A stretch of 64,000 nt of DNA from Monocercomonoides exilis PA203 (Eukaryota > Protista > Preaxostyla): the NCBI GenBank assembly GCA_001643675.2, contig LSRY02000047.1, positions 496,001 to 560,000 on the forward strand, written 5' to 3'. A model generated the notes under the pieces. That model was not told where the DNA came from. It saw only the letters and a program-made list of their open reading frames with translations, and did not search any database. Below, piece after piece: positions 1 through 13,600 of this stretch; within the stretch, counting starts at the first letter, position 1, and the number at the start of each line of letters is the position of its first letter. The position numbers and the translations under genes are program-made.

Positions 1-3000
1 GCTGAAGAAACTATATTTTTGAATAATGATGCTGAAAGAGTTACGTTTCCGATCAAAGTATTTTTTTTGTCTTCAGAATTCCTTTGATAAATGTCAATAA
101 CGCTTGCATCGGAAATGTCAATATCATTTACGCACAATCCTGTTAAAATTGAGTTGTTTTCGGATTTCCCAAGTACGATCATTGATTTTGAACAAGAAAA
201 ACTATTAATCTCCAAGTGATTGACATGCAACATGCCATTTTCAACCACAATTATATGAGCGCCTAACAATTGCTTATCAGAAGCAATTCTTTGACCCCCA
301 AAATCACTCGATGCTGGAGCAAGGGCACAATTATCGATATCCAAAAAACCGTTCTCCACAAAAATGAAAGAGAAACAAAAGTTGAGCAAAGAGGAGGATA
401 GCAGAAATCTTATGTCAGAAACGGAACTTTGCAAATTTGTTGTGATGACATAACTTGATTCGCCTCTGTTTATGAGATTAACCGTCACATCGCAAATATT
501 CTTTGAAAGAGACATAACACTTATTCCATCGAGTGTAATTTCTGCTTCAAGAGACGATGAGATGTCTATTAGCACTTGAGTTAATAAATCATATGTTACA
601 TGCTTCAGGCCATAATCGATTGACAAGCAAGGAAAATTTATTTTTCCGCATTGTTTGCTATTCTCTCCACCTGCTTCAAAATTTGACGACACAACAATAC
701 GATCGTTCTGGAACATTGTAATAAGTTCCATTAAATCAAAAGGCGTTGAGGCATGGTCTGTCTTGTCTATTCCGTAAATGGCATTTGATCTGTGATACTC
801 ACTTTCCCGAAGATCCATCCTGAACTGGCTTTCATTGATCTGCGAAGAAAGACTAAAACATTCTATAAAAACGTCTCGTCCAATAAAAGCGGAATTTCCG
901 CTAAACGTTGAGTTTTGGAAAAGAAAGTTTAGATCCCCAACTCCTCCAAACAAAAGATAAGTCCCTCCTCCTTTCCCGTATTCTTCACTGCAAAAGCTTT
1001 GAATTATTGATGATGACAAAAATGCGAATGACGAATATTCGCCCAGGTTTAAAAACGCCACTCCGCCTCTTTCGCTATCTCTGGACCTGCATTCTCTGAA
1101 CGAACAATTTCTGATCTGAACAATTCCTCCTTCAGATGCGGATTCCATAATACACGAGTCGTTATCGCTTCTGGAAACACCAGCAAAAGACGAATTCCCC
1201 ATAGTTATTACACAGCCAACAGCCTTGTTGATACTTGCCATTGATGAAGAATTAGCCAGACATATACACGCTTCAGTTATGTTCACATTCGATATTGCCA
1301 TTTCGTTAAAAGTGCATTCACTATTGTTTGAAACAGCAAAAATATTCTTTCCAACGTTACACGACGATACAACAAATTGCGACACGCGAAGGAACCCTTG
1401 CTGCATCAGCAGAAACGAACAATGACTTTCGGTTCCGATTGTTGCCTCTGAAGAAAAGCCACTCTGAAAAGCTTCAACAGTCCCGTTTTCATTCACAATC
1501 ACTCCGCCTTTGCTGTTCTCGAAACCCGAAGAAACAGACACAAGCAAATTCTTGATCGTCAAATATCTTGAATTGAGAAGAAATGGATCAGACTCTCCTT
1601 GATCTTTTTTAGAAAAAAGCAACGTGTGATTTTCTGCTTCGGATGTTGATGAATATCCTTCTAAAATAAAACCGCTCACGTCGTGAGCATCTTGGATTGT
1701 GGTTTTCTTGGTGATGAGCAATTGGGGAGATTGGCTTTCTTCAGTTAAATGTTGTATTCCGGCCCAAGCCGTTCTGCATGGCTCGAATTCACTCCCGCAT
1801 CTCCTCACATCAAAGCCTGCATATGCCACATATATTTTCGAGCTTTTGTACTCAACAACAAACATGAAGAGATCTGCGTCTCCAATAATAGGATCGTGCC
1901 CAGCAAAAGCATTTGCGTCATTCATGATTTCGTAATAATCGAATGCAAAAGAAGCCAGCGTCACACTCTCATTTAAATTTTTGCTTTCCAGATAAATGTT
2001 TTTGCCAATGTGTGCTATATTACTGCTGGCAGTAATTGTATCGATTTTTAGAGGCTGAGAAGCAGTAGACATAGTGCAGTCCAGATACAAAAAGCCTCCT
2101 TTCCCCTCATTTCTAGAGCATTCGCAAAACGAAAGGTTACTGGTCTTCAACGAAACAGTGTAGTCTTCTGCGAGGCAAACGTCAAAAGCCCCGCCTCTGA
2201 GGGATTCTGGTGCTTTTATTTGCGAGAATTGCGCATCTACAAGATCGAGCTTACTCGATATGACAAACGGAGCAAATCTTGCAGTTATCGCCGAAACATT
2301 GCAGGAATTCATTTCGACAGACCCTCCAGCTGCCCGAATTAACGCAAACGAGAGTGGATCTGCACCACTTTGGACGAAGGAACTATTGATGATTCTGAAT
2401 CTGATATCTGATGCAAATATCAGGCAGTCGACATTTGATGAAAATGACGAAGGGAAATGGAACGAAATAAATGTTGCAGTCAGTTGCTGTGTAGCTTCAA
2501 GAACTGCATTTCTGGTATTTCCGATAATTTCAGGCCTGAGCGAAATATTTGCTTTTGAACTTGCCGAAGAAGATATCAAAAAAGACGACACATCAACAGG
2601 CTCTTGAATATATGTCTCGGCATCAATCAAGAGCTCCTTTTCGAAAGACAGCTCATTGATGTTCATGGATCCTCTTTTGAATGAAAAGCAAGGATATTCT
2701 TCAGCTCCGCATCCGATCATGTCGTATCCTGATTTAGAAACGTAGACTCTGCTTGCCTGCCTTTGATACAAAAACATAGCAAGATCCACAGAATCCGAAA
2801 AGTGTGTCCTGTCTTTTCCTTTAATGTCTACAATTTCGATGCTTTCGCTGTTGTAAAACGGAACTTTGATATTTGAAGGATCAATGCTCTGATTTAGGCT
2901 TTTGCAGCCAACGAACATGTCGCGCCCCTCATAGCCATTGTTCTGATTGAAGTCAATCGCCTCAAGCAAAAGGTTCCATGTGGATCGTTCAAACGCATGA

Positions 3001-6000
3001 ATATTCCTCCGCCCCTTCCACTGTCTTTATTCACTGCACAACATGCTATTTCAGCCCCATTAATCGTGAATTGGCCATTTTCACTTAACTCACAGCCGAC
3101 AGCCCCTCCGTTGCCATTTGCAGATGTACATACACTCAGCATGCAATGTCCAGAGACTACATTGCTTCCTGAGCCTGCGACCTTATAAAATGAGCCCTGA
3201 CTGGTCTTGCATGCTGTCACATTTGTGCTATTTATTATTGAGTCTGCTTCGTTAATGCAGACAACCAGGCTATCGCTTGGGGTTGATACTGTGTCGACAG
3301 AAGATTTGTCTATTGAAAGCGAGCCGCTGCGAATGAATGCCAATCCACAACTCGACTGAAACAGTAGTTTTGCGACAAGAACATTGCCAAAACTAATTGA
3401 GCATCCATTCCCTTTCGCTATCCACACGCAGCAGCGCTTTTCAATGCCTTCCGGATCGCCAAAGATACACGAGACAAAATACACTTTTCCAACAGCTGCT
3501 TCAATAAATGCATCATGCGGACATTGCTCTGCGGTTGTCTGAAGCGTTATGTTCAGGGAAGAAACAGACAGATATGCTGCCTGCGAGCCTTTGAGCAATG
3601 TTACGCAGCCGTGATTCATCACCTTCAGGACAGAGTTGACCTCTTCAACTCCGCAGATAGTCAAAGGCTCGCCTTCACAATGGACTGGCTGGCTCAAGTC
3701 GGCCGACTTCAATATGCTCAGTGTTGTTTTTGCGCTGCTCATTTGAGAAAAGCCAAACGCCAATTCTTGGCAAGGATTGTTGCTGTTTCCGCATCCAGCG
3801 GTGTTGCTGCTTTCTTCTCTGTCGACAAACACTATTTCATCGTTCGACACAAACAAGTATTTCAACATGCTAACACTTATTGTGGGGTCGCTTTCGTCGT
3901 TGATGACCCACATTGTTTTGAGATAATCATCTCCTGGCTGCGCGGAGCCTGCCCATTTGTTTTTGTCGATCATTATTCGAGGCGAAGGACAGATCAAAAA
4001 AACATCAGAGCCCAAGTGTGCCTGATTTCCTGAGAACGAAATGGCAATCATCGAGTAATTCACTTCCAGATCTTCAAAGCTCAAGTGCAGCCCTCCGCCG
4101 AAGCCATTTTCTGCATCCACTTTGCTGTTCATCACCTCGTTTGAATCGAACAAAAATTTTCCTCCTTTCTTCACACTCACAATTATGCTTCCTCCTCTTG
4201 AATGGCTGTCAATGCATGCGTTTGATGAAAAATTGCACTCGCTCACAGCGCACACAGCTTCGTTGCAGATGGTTCCTGAGATGGCGCCGCCGTTTCCGTT
4301 CCTTCTTGTTGCACCAATGAATGATGAATTCGTTGCCGTCAGCGACGATGATGTCTCGCCCAGAAATATCATCGAATGATTCATGAAAATTGTTGTTGTG
4401 CAGTTTATCAACGATCCCTTAAGCCCGATCGCCCCTCCATTATCAGCGACAATCAGTCCAGAGATTCCCCCCGTTTTTGCCCCGTAGATGCTCAGACAAA
4501 CGAACTCACCTTTTGCTTCTCTGCCGCTGACTTTGATGGCAGCTGCCATCGCAAATTCGACACTCAGAATTGTGAAATTGCTCAGCACTAATTTTCCACT
4601 GGTGCAGCAAGCAATCGAGTACGACACCCCTGAGCCGATCGCTTTTGCTGTGCAATCAGCCACGCTCAACACAGATCCACTGCCCAACAATAAGCAATCG
4701 CGGTTCACAGAGAAGTCCAAAGGAATGTTGAACGATATTCCTGTGAACGAAACATCAACGCTGACCTCGATTAAGCCGCTTCCTTCTCCAAGACCGTCGC
4801 TTCGAACGAGCAATTCTGCTGAATTATCCTCAGCATCGATTTCCATCTCTTGACGCACAAATGCAATGTGATCTGCAAATTCGAAGTCTATTGCCAGTCT
4901 CACCTTGCCTTTTGCGCTGCCATATCTTGCTGCTCCAGCATAGCTTATGGAGTTGCACGAATAGTCTTTGTAACCACACATCCTGTAGTCGATGCCGCTG
5001 TTGCTGACGAATGCTGGCGATGAGAAGTTTCTGAGAAACAGTACCAGTGGTATGACAAATGTTGTATTGCCTCCTTCAAAGCCGGCCAACTCGCTGAAAG
5101 ATGAATTGTTGCTTTTCTCGAACTCGAAACCAAGAAGCTCGCTGGTAATTGCAGAGGACAAATTGATTGCCTCCACAAATACGCAACTTCCGCCTCTTGC
5201 CGCATCACATTCAACAAACGAAATGCTGCTCATTGCAACTCCTGCTGAGCTATCAGTCATGTGCAAATATATTCCACTGCCCAGTCCTCCGCTGGAATCA
5301 ATTTCTGTGGATGTGCATTTGGCAAACATCGTGGGTGAATCGGTTGTGTTGCCTATTGTCACTTTTCCTCCCTTGTGCTCCTGCACATATATCCCTCCTC
5401 CATATCCTCCTTCAGCACTGCATGACTCAAACGTGCTGCCAATAATCCTTAGCGATTGCTGGTCATGAACTGTGCAACATATGGCTGAGCCATTTTTCAT
5501 ATTTTTTGCAAATCCCTTCATTGATGTGTTTGAAATGCCGATTGCATTTGCGTTGTCGGAGAAAATAAAAGAGAAATCTTGGCTGGCGTGTTGTGACAAC
5601 AGATTGGAGTCTTCGATGAGAAGAGAGGCATTCTGCGATGAAAGAAATATCAGCCCGTGCTGCGAGGTGGTTGTCACTCCTGCCAGCGATGTGGAATCCA
5701 GAAGCACAGAAGCGAAGCCTGCTGCAACAAGAAACGAGGCATCCAACAGAGGAATGTTTGCAGCTGTTACTGTGCTGATGGTGATGCTTCCAGACAATGC
5801 TGAGATTAGATTATAAGAAAGCGGTGGCGCTTCGTCCAGAGTCTCGAAAATGGAATCTTGAAGCACCAGCTCGCCTTGCGAGTTTTGGCAGGCAAAAGAA
5901 GAATGCGCTTGGAGCTTGCTTGGCAGCCTGAACCTGATAAATTCCATCATGGCAGTTGGGCAATTATCGCTCATTGTTATCACTCCAGGCTGTGAAGAAT

Positions 6001-9000
6001 TTGCCTCGACAACAACAAACAAGGAACATGAATTGACACCGCTGATGTGAATTCCGTGTTGATCGGAAAGTGCCAATTCTTCACACAGCTCGAATGAATC
6101 GGAAAGGCCGATATTTTTTGCCTTTGCCATCTGCTTTGTCAATGAGTGGCTCAGCGTCTGGCACGGATAGTCTGTGAATCCGCATGGAGCAACATCCAGT
6201 CCATTTGATGAATCTGCATGGACAATGCTGCCAACATCGGAAATGAAATAGATGAGTGGGATTGCATTTGTTTTGTCTTCTCCGTCGAATCCTCGCAGAG
6301 AATCGGCATTTCCTGTGCTTGTGCTGTGTGCAAAGGGAATGGTTAATTTTGTAATGCTTGTGGTCAAATTCGGTGATTGGATGAACACGTCAGCCCCGTA
6401 ATATGCGCTGTTTGGCGCAGAGGCCATGAACAACGGTGAGGATATCTTGAAAGCAATATCCGCTGCGTGCAAGTCTACAAAGATGCCCCCGCCATGCCCG
6501 ACCGTATCGGTGCTCGGAGCAGAGCAATTTCCGAATTGGCATTCATCGATGAGCAGGGTTGCCCCGGTGTCCAAGCAGCATTTCAGTGCGCCTCCTCCGC
6601 TCCCGGCTTCCTTGACTGCACAATTCTCAAACAGACATTTTTTGAATGTTGAAGCACTGGCTTGTCTGCCAAGGCACGAACAATGGATGCAGCTGCCGTC
6701 TCCTTCTCTGCGCTCGATTGCAGAAAATGTTACATTTGATGCGATCAGAATGCTTCCCTTCCTCGTCTCCAACCATCGCCGAGTTTTTCATTTTGCATGA
6801 AGTTATTGTGCTGTTCTCCATTTCGACTGTTCCCCTCATGCAAACATCGAAAAGCCCAAACTTTCCAGTGCTGCTCAGCCCTTTGAACTCTGAGGATTGC
6901 ACAAATGCTTTTGAGTTATCTCCAGAGACAACGATAACGTGAGAGGCGTCGATGCTCTCTGACGCTATTTTGAACGATACCAGATACAATTTTCCTTTTG
7001 CAACCTTTGCAAAGGGCGTGCCTATGCTTCCACTTTCTGTTTTCAGCGAGCAATCAGTGATTGTCAGAATACTGTCTGCACACAATATCAAGCATTCGAT
7101 GGTGCCTCCGATTGGAGAGGCAGCCAAAAAGTCCATGTTGGACAAGCTTACCAGGTTCTTTGATTCAATCATGTTTGTGGCCTTTTGGTTTTGTGAGAGG
7201 TCGACATGAATTGTTCCGCCTTTTTCTTTGCATCTGACATCCCATTCTCTCTGATCCATGGCGATGTGCTCTGTCCATCGAAAGCTGTCATGGAGTTGGA
7301 TTGCCCGCTTTTTGGATGAGAATTTTAATTCTACAGTCCAGCTGATTGTTTCGCAGGATATGCAGATGCTCCGCATCCTTTGAAATCTCTGCTGTTTGTG
7401 CCTCCCACACATCCATATCCGTCCAGCTGGAGCAAATAAGCTTTCAATGGAACGGGCTGTGTCTGGAAGCCAGCCTCAAACCCCATAAGATCGTCGTCAT
7501 TCATTCCGTCCATATCGAAGTCAAGTGTTGTGCTCTTCACCACCGCACTGAGCTCGGCTGCATCATAAAACACGCATTTCCCTTTCCAGCCATCACAGCC
7601 AGCAAACGATATTCTGGACAGGCACGCATCGCAGACACGTTCTTTTGTGTGGATGAAGATCCCTCCGCCCTTTCCTTTGGATGTGTCGCTTTTTGGAACA
7701 GTGCATGCTGAAAAAGTGGTGCAGCCTGCTGTGCCCTCGATTCGAATTTTGCCCCCACCTTGCTCGAAGATGGCGATGCCTCCGCCGCTGCCCATCGAGC
7801 ATGCACACCCGACAAACGTTGTGTTCTTTGATGCAAATGTGTTCGGCGAACTGACAGAGGCCTTTATTCCCGCACCGCTGTCTTGCTCGGACTTCATATT
7901 TGAGAGAGAGCAGTTCACACAAGTGAGATTCGAATGGTCAGAGGATATTGCAGAGCAAGCGGAAAATGAAAAGCCAGCCATATCAGTGTTCGAAATTGTT
8001 GCTGTGCCTCCACTTTTGCAGCAAAGCAGGGGAGCAGAAAAAAGTGCAGAAGAACTGCTTGCAGATCGCTTCACACTTACAGAGTCGAGTGCGATCATCC
8101 CTGTGGAGTTCAAGGAAAAGAGAATCGAATCGCTTTTTGATGGATCATGCACAACTGTGAAATTGGAAGCTGTGAGCGACCCAGTGGAAACAGCGAATAG
8201 TGGGTGCAAGCTTGGAAGAGGGGCAGAGCTGAGCACTGTATTTTCTCGCTCAACTCCATTGACAAGCATGCTGCTTGCCCCGACATCGATGGTATCGGGC
8301 TCGCTGTCAAAAACTGAGCTCATCAGGATTATTGAAGATGATTCGCAGCGGAGCAGCATGGTAAACGCATGTGTGACGGTTCTGCACGGATTGCCTTCAG
8401 ACACCCCGCAGCTGGCAGATTTGTCGTTCCCTTTGGCTCCGTCGGCATAAACCCTCTTTGCATCATCGAGCCATTCAGGGTGTGTGTGCAACTGGTCATT
8501 ATATATGACGAGCCTTGTCGAAGACTTTGTGAGCGATGCGCATCCATGTGTTGGATTCTGCTGGAGGCGGGAATGATAATCCACGAAATAGACATCGTCA
8601 CCGTTTGGGGATGTGTTGTTGACAAAAAGACAATAAAACAGGAGTGTTGCATTTTCGAGTGTCAACTCGTGCACATTGAAATACAAACCGCCACCATCTC
8701 TCCAAGAAGAACAATTGAGAAAACCGCATTCTCTAAGTTCAGGCACTTCAAAGATCGGCTCATAAATAGATAGACCACCCCCAATGGTGGATTTTGAAGT
8801 ACAATTCGAAATAATAATGTTATATATCATTGAGCCACTTGATTCTTCCTCATTTTCTAATTTCAAGTTTTCACTTGCATATCTCCAGCTGATCCCTCCG
8901 CCAATTCCTTCAATAGATAAGCAATTTGAAAAATTGTTGAACGATAAATACAAATGATTCAAAATAGCTCCAAAGTACATTGCCCCACCCAAACCTCCAG

Positions 9001-9994
9001 TGCAATTACTAAAAATTGATAAATTCACTTTCAAACATGCAGTGTTGTTATCAAACAACGCACCCCCTCGGGAATTTGAAGTACAATTGTCGAACAAACA
9101 AAGGGAAATTGTTAATGAAGATTCAACACTATCAAACAAACTAACTGCCCCTCCATCAACCTCAGAAAATGTATTGTGCCATTCGCAATCGGAAAAGAAA
9201 TGCTCTCCTGGTTCGAGGGTGATTTGATCCATTTGCTTCTGATTTGTGTAGTTTGTGTTGGAAGTGCGAATGCACCTCGAAAGGGTGTTGTTGTGAGAGA
9301 ATGTGGAATGGGAAGGGGCATTGACAGATTGGATGATTCCTCCATCAAACACATCATCGACTCCCGAAAAAGTGCAAGACTGGACAAACGATGTCTGTGT
9401 GCAAGCGGAGCATGCGCTCTTGTGCAGCTGGCTGTTTGAAGAAATATTGGTAAATGCAGAAGACAGCACACAGACAGAAGAGACAAATGGAGCCGACAAA
9501 AATGGTGCAGATGCGAGGCGGAGCGAAGAGAAGGTGGAAGCTGAGAGTTCCAACGAGGAGCACGAAGCAGAGGCAGGCAATGCCAGTGCACTCACCAGAG
9601 GAGAAACAATCGTCATTGCATTTCCTGGAATTGTGCTGACATTTGCGAGAAATGCGTGTGTGTCCCGAAGAAAGAAGCATGGAGGAGCTTCCACCACACG
9701 ATGAATCATGAGACAGTACATTATAGAAGCAACGCTGTTTGCAAAAGAAAACAGACTGTGTTTGCCTTGAGGACAAAACGAGATTTTTGCGAAGCTGACT
9801 GTGCAGTTGGATGCCATTATTTGAATATCAAAGAGCACAGCCATTTCTGAAAAGCAGACTATCGAGCAGCGAATGCAATCTGATGCCTTGTCTTTGTTGG
9901 TATGCAAAACAGGATGAGCGCGAATGACAGATTCATCAATGTCACACGAAAATGAAGATGCTGCGATCAGTTGGAAAATAATGAGGAGCAACAT
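1..9994 (-). CDS. Giant Cys/Gly-rich beta-helix (pectin-lyase/Pmp-like repeat) surface protein, >3300 aa; 3' end lies beyond the window; three single-base frameshifts
   Basis: Signal-peptide-like start MLLLIIFQLIAASSFS at 9994. ORFs 7331-9994, 6627-7412 and 2894-6772 join through single-base shifts at ~7356, ~6757 and ~2970. After 2970 the frame resumes as DFNQNNGYEGRDMFVGCK...GYDMIGCGAEEYPCFSF. A module GGG[IV].../G.DVF/IPL..F/G.D...CG....PC recurs many times. Same family as the gene at 23102-36907. Confidence 0.75.
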
Positions 9995-10635
9995 CTCGAT
10001 GAGAACTTCTGCAAACGAAGCAAAAGAAAAACACTTGTGTGCAACAAATCAACGTCTTTTGTGAAATGATAAAGGTTCTCAAAAATTCATATTTTGGGTG
10101 GATCGTATTTAAAGTTTGAAATTTTAGTTTTTTGTTTTTGAATGTTCAAATATTTCTATTTATGTTAAAGATTTGCTTTTCATTTATTTTGAAATCATGC
10201 TTTATTTTAATCGAATGGAAAACATGAAAGAACTGAACTTTCATTTCGATCTTGGTATAAATATTTATGAGGAATAAATTAGGTCATAAATAATTTATTC
10301 CAAGTTAATAAATTCTTTCGTTATTATTAAAACTGTGGAAATTAAAACAAAAACTAATCAATCATGAAGTGAAAAGAGAATCTTTGAAAAAAAAATTATT
10401 TATCAGTTACGAACATGAACAAGGAAAGGAATTTTGCTAGCAAAACAGTTTGCTGAAGTCTGGACATTTATCATCAAAACAGATCTAAATTGATAATAAT
10501 TTCCAGTGAACAAAATTTAGCCAAACATTGAAGAAGATAACCGGAAGCAAACTCCATTAATGAAACATTTTCTCAGAAAGAATAAGAAAAAGACCATTCC
10601 AAATCTTTAACACAACCTACAATTATTCGATTCAT

Positions 10636-13259
10636 CTACCACCCGCCCATTGCCAGTCTCTGCTGCTTTGTCAAGGGCTTCCTTCTGTACTTCGGCTCTT
10701 CGCAATCATCTTCTATCTCGTCTGACAGCTGCAGCGAGGTTGCGTGAATAACAACCTTATTCTGCTCACGCTCTCTCCGCAGCGCCGAGCGTCGTTCAGA
10801 AATCTGCTTCAGCTGCTCTTCTTTGGTCTTCGCAGTCCACTGCTTGCGCTGCAGCTCTTGTTTGCGTTCCTTCTCCATCTCGGCCCGATCCATCTCTTCT
10901 ACAAGCCGCGCTCTTTCCTTCTCCTTCTCTCTCTCTTCTTCTTCTCTCAGCTTCCGCTCTCTCTCCATCCTCGAAAGAACCATCGCATTCTCCCGCTCTT
11001 TCTCTCTCTTCCGACGCAGCATTTCCTCTTTGGAGCCCTCTCCTTTTGTAAACACATCTTCCATTCCTTCCTCTTCCTGTCGCTCTCGTTCTCTCATCTG
11101 GCGCGTTTCCATTGCCTTTGTCGCCATCTGAGTCTCAAGCGCATTTCTGTAAAGTTCTTCTTTTTCCTTCATCTTGCCAATCTCCCGCTCAGCTTCTAAG
11201 GCAAGTCTTTCTCTTTCTTCAGCAGCTGCTTTTATGCCAAGCTCCTGCTCGCGCTGGCGCATTGCCCTTTGTTCTTCTCCTTTTTCTCTAATCTGCCTTT
11301 CCAATGCATGCTGCATCACAGCTCTCTGCCTCTCTTTCTTCTCTGCAATCTCTTCTGCTGATTCACCTTGAGTGAACACATCGCCCTCTGGTGAATATCC
11401 AAAGGTTGCTGGCATAATATCTCTTCTCTCGCGCATCTGCTTCTCGAGGGCGTTTCGTTTTTCCTCGTCTTTTCGTTGCTTCTCCATCTTTTCCCTTATC
11501 CGCTCTTGCTCAATCCTCTGTCTCTCCAGTTCTCGTTCTTTTGCTCCAATATCCAATTCTTCTTCTCTTTCCCTTCGTCTCATTTCGTCCTTTTCGTTCA
11601 TCTGTCTCTTCAGTGCTCCTCTGTAATTCATTCTCTTTTCTTCTTTTGCTCCGCTTGCCTCTTCCATCTCCTCCTCTTTCCTTCTATCTGCAAACACATC
11701 TCCCATCGCCACCATTCCAATCTGTAGCGCTGCTTCAGGTGCAGAAGTAACTAGCATCGTGACTTCCTGGCGCCGTCTCGTCTTCTCAGCAATAACAGCC
11801 TGGTTCATGCGATCAGCTTCCATCTTCCGCTCCTTCACAGCCCGATCGCCTTCCTCGTTCAGCTGCCGTTCCCGCTCATCTTTCTCTCGTACATATTGCA
11901 AATATGCCGCTTCTTCTTCCAGCAAACTTCTCTCACGTGCTTTCTTCTCTTCTATTTGCAGGCGCCTGGTGTGGCACATTGAGCACAAGTTTGGATAAGG
12001 AAGATGCTTCGAACGACGGTGGCAAACAGCGCACACTGTCGGCGGCAGCTTCGCCTGTGCATCAGAAGAAGCGAACGGTGAGGCTGCAGATGGAGAAGAC
12101 GGAGTGTATCCTTCGCTGGCTTGCTTGGGGAGCGTTCGAGTTTTTGCCGCGATCCATCGCTCTGTCGAGGACATTTCAGAAGGTGCTGGCTGAGTTCTTT
12201 CCGAAGACGAAGGAATTGAAGACGCTACCACTCCAGTCGGAACTTTCGCGTCTGCTGGTGAAGACGGGTGTGGTTCTGGCTTGGCCGATGGAGATATCTT
12301 TGATACGGTGAATCCGCTTCCAGTTATGTTGTCTTCTGCGTCAGCATATCCAGCTCTGGGTAATTCATCTTGATTTGACATCTGTCCTTGTCCTTGCCCT
12401 TGAACTCTCCCTCTCCCACTTCCAGAGCCCATTCCTCCTCTTCCAGAATTTCTTATATATGAATCCTTTGCTACCCCTCTCGCGGAAGCTGCCATCCCGC
12501 TCGTTGCAACTCCCCCTCTTCCAGCAGATCCTGATCTCCTTGAATCAGCTGCAGACATTTTTGCTGTTGCCGATCCCATTGATGAAGTTGCTCCTGCAGG
12601 ACGAGTTCTTTCCTCTCCTCCAATTGAATCCTTGAATTTAACCGTTACAACTCCTGAACCACCTGAAAAAATTAATGTTGCTGCTCCACAATCAAGAGAC
12701 ATTGATCGCCCTTTGTGAAGCTTTGAAATCAAAGGTGAATATATTTGCAAAAATCAATGAGATATTGTTTGGGCAAAAAATAACAGTCACAAACCTCCTC
12801 GATAAGAGCCTGGATGAAGTGATTAAAACCTAAAGACGCAACATCTTTTCCAACGCCTGCAACGGAGCCTACGTAAACAAAACTTAAAGGAAGAAGAGGA
12901 ACATTCGGTGTATCGCTCAAAGCATTTTTGACACGAACATTGCAAAGTGAAGCAAAAGAAGGATGAAATTTGAAAAGAGGAATCTTTTTTGAGACATTGC
13001 CAGTTGTACCAACGAACATTGTTTCAATATGATATGTAAAGGTTCCAAAATTTGGAAGTGAAACAGCCTGAATAATAAACAAAAATATGTGAAGTTAAAA
13101 AAGTTTTGAACTTGAAAAAAATAAAATTACCTTTCCTTGCTTTAATGTTTGAAGAATATATGAGCAAGTTCCATTCCATATGTCTTCTATTACATTTGAG
13201 TTGGGGGCGCCTCTCCTTGATGATGCTGCAGCTGCAATCTCTCGAATTACAGAAGCCAT
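10636..13259 (-). CDS. CCDC81: CCDC81-like protein (two N-terminal HU-like domains, CxxC...CxxC motif, long coiled coil), ~828 aa, 3 exons
   Basis: Exons 13259-13131, 13067-12795 and 12720-10636 splice in frame. Introns are 13068-13130 (GTAATT..CAG) and 12721-12794 (GTTTGT..AAG). The spliced sequence IWNGTCSYILQTLKQGK|AVSLPNFGTFT...PLFKFHPSF matches the HU-CCDC81 motif W...x..L...KGV.IP.FGTF. The C-terminal half is an E/R/K-rich coiled coil. Confidence 0.75.
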
Positions 13260-13600
13260 TTTCAACGGTTTGATCTTTTAACTAAAGAAAGGGAAGAGAA
13301 TAAAAAAAATAAATGATGTTTGATCAAATATTTAGTGGATTATTATTTGTGAAAAAAACAATTAATTCTATAAAATGAAAATCACTTTTCTGTAAAAAAA
13401 ATAGACAATGATTATTTCATATGAAATTATTTGAAAATAAAAATTTGTGGAAAAAAAACGGAAAAAAATAATCAAGAAATTAAAGGCTAGTTCAAAAAGA
13501 ACAGCATCTGCATTTCTAGTACAATAAAAAATGTTCTTAACAGTGTGTGTGAATAAATACTTTGATATGAATATGAAAGAAAACTCTCAAATTACTTTTA

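Noticed and set aside
908-9850. Numerous plus-strand ORFs of 60-270 aa, and similar shadow ORFs across both palindrome arms
   Set aside because: Antisense shadows of the large beta-helix genes with no independent motifs.
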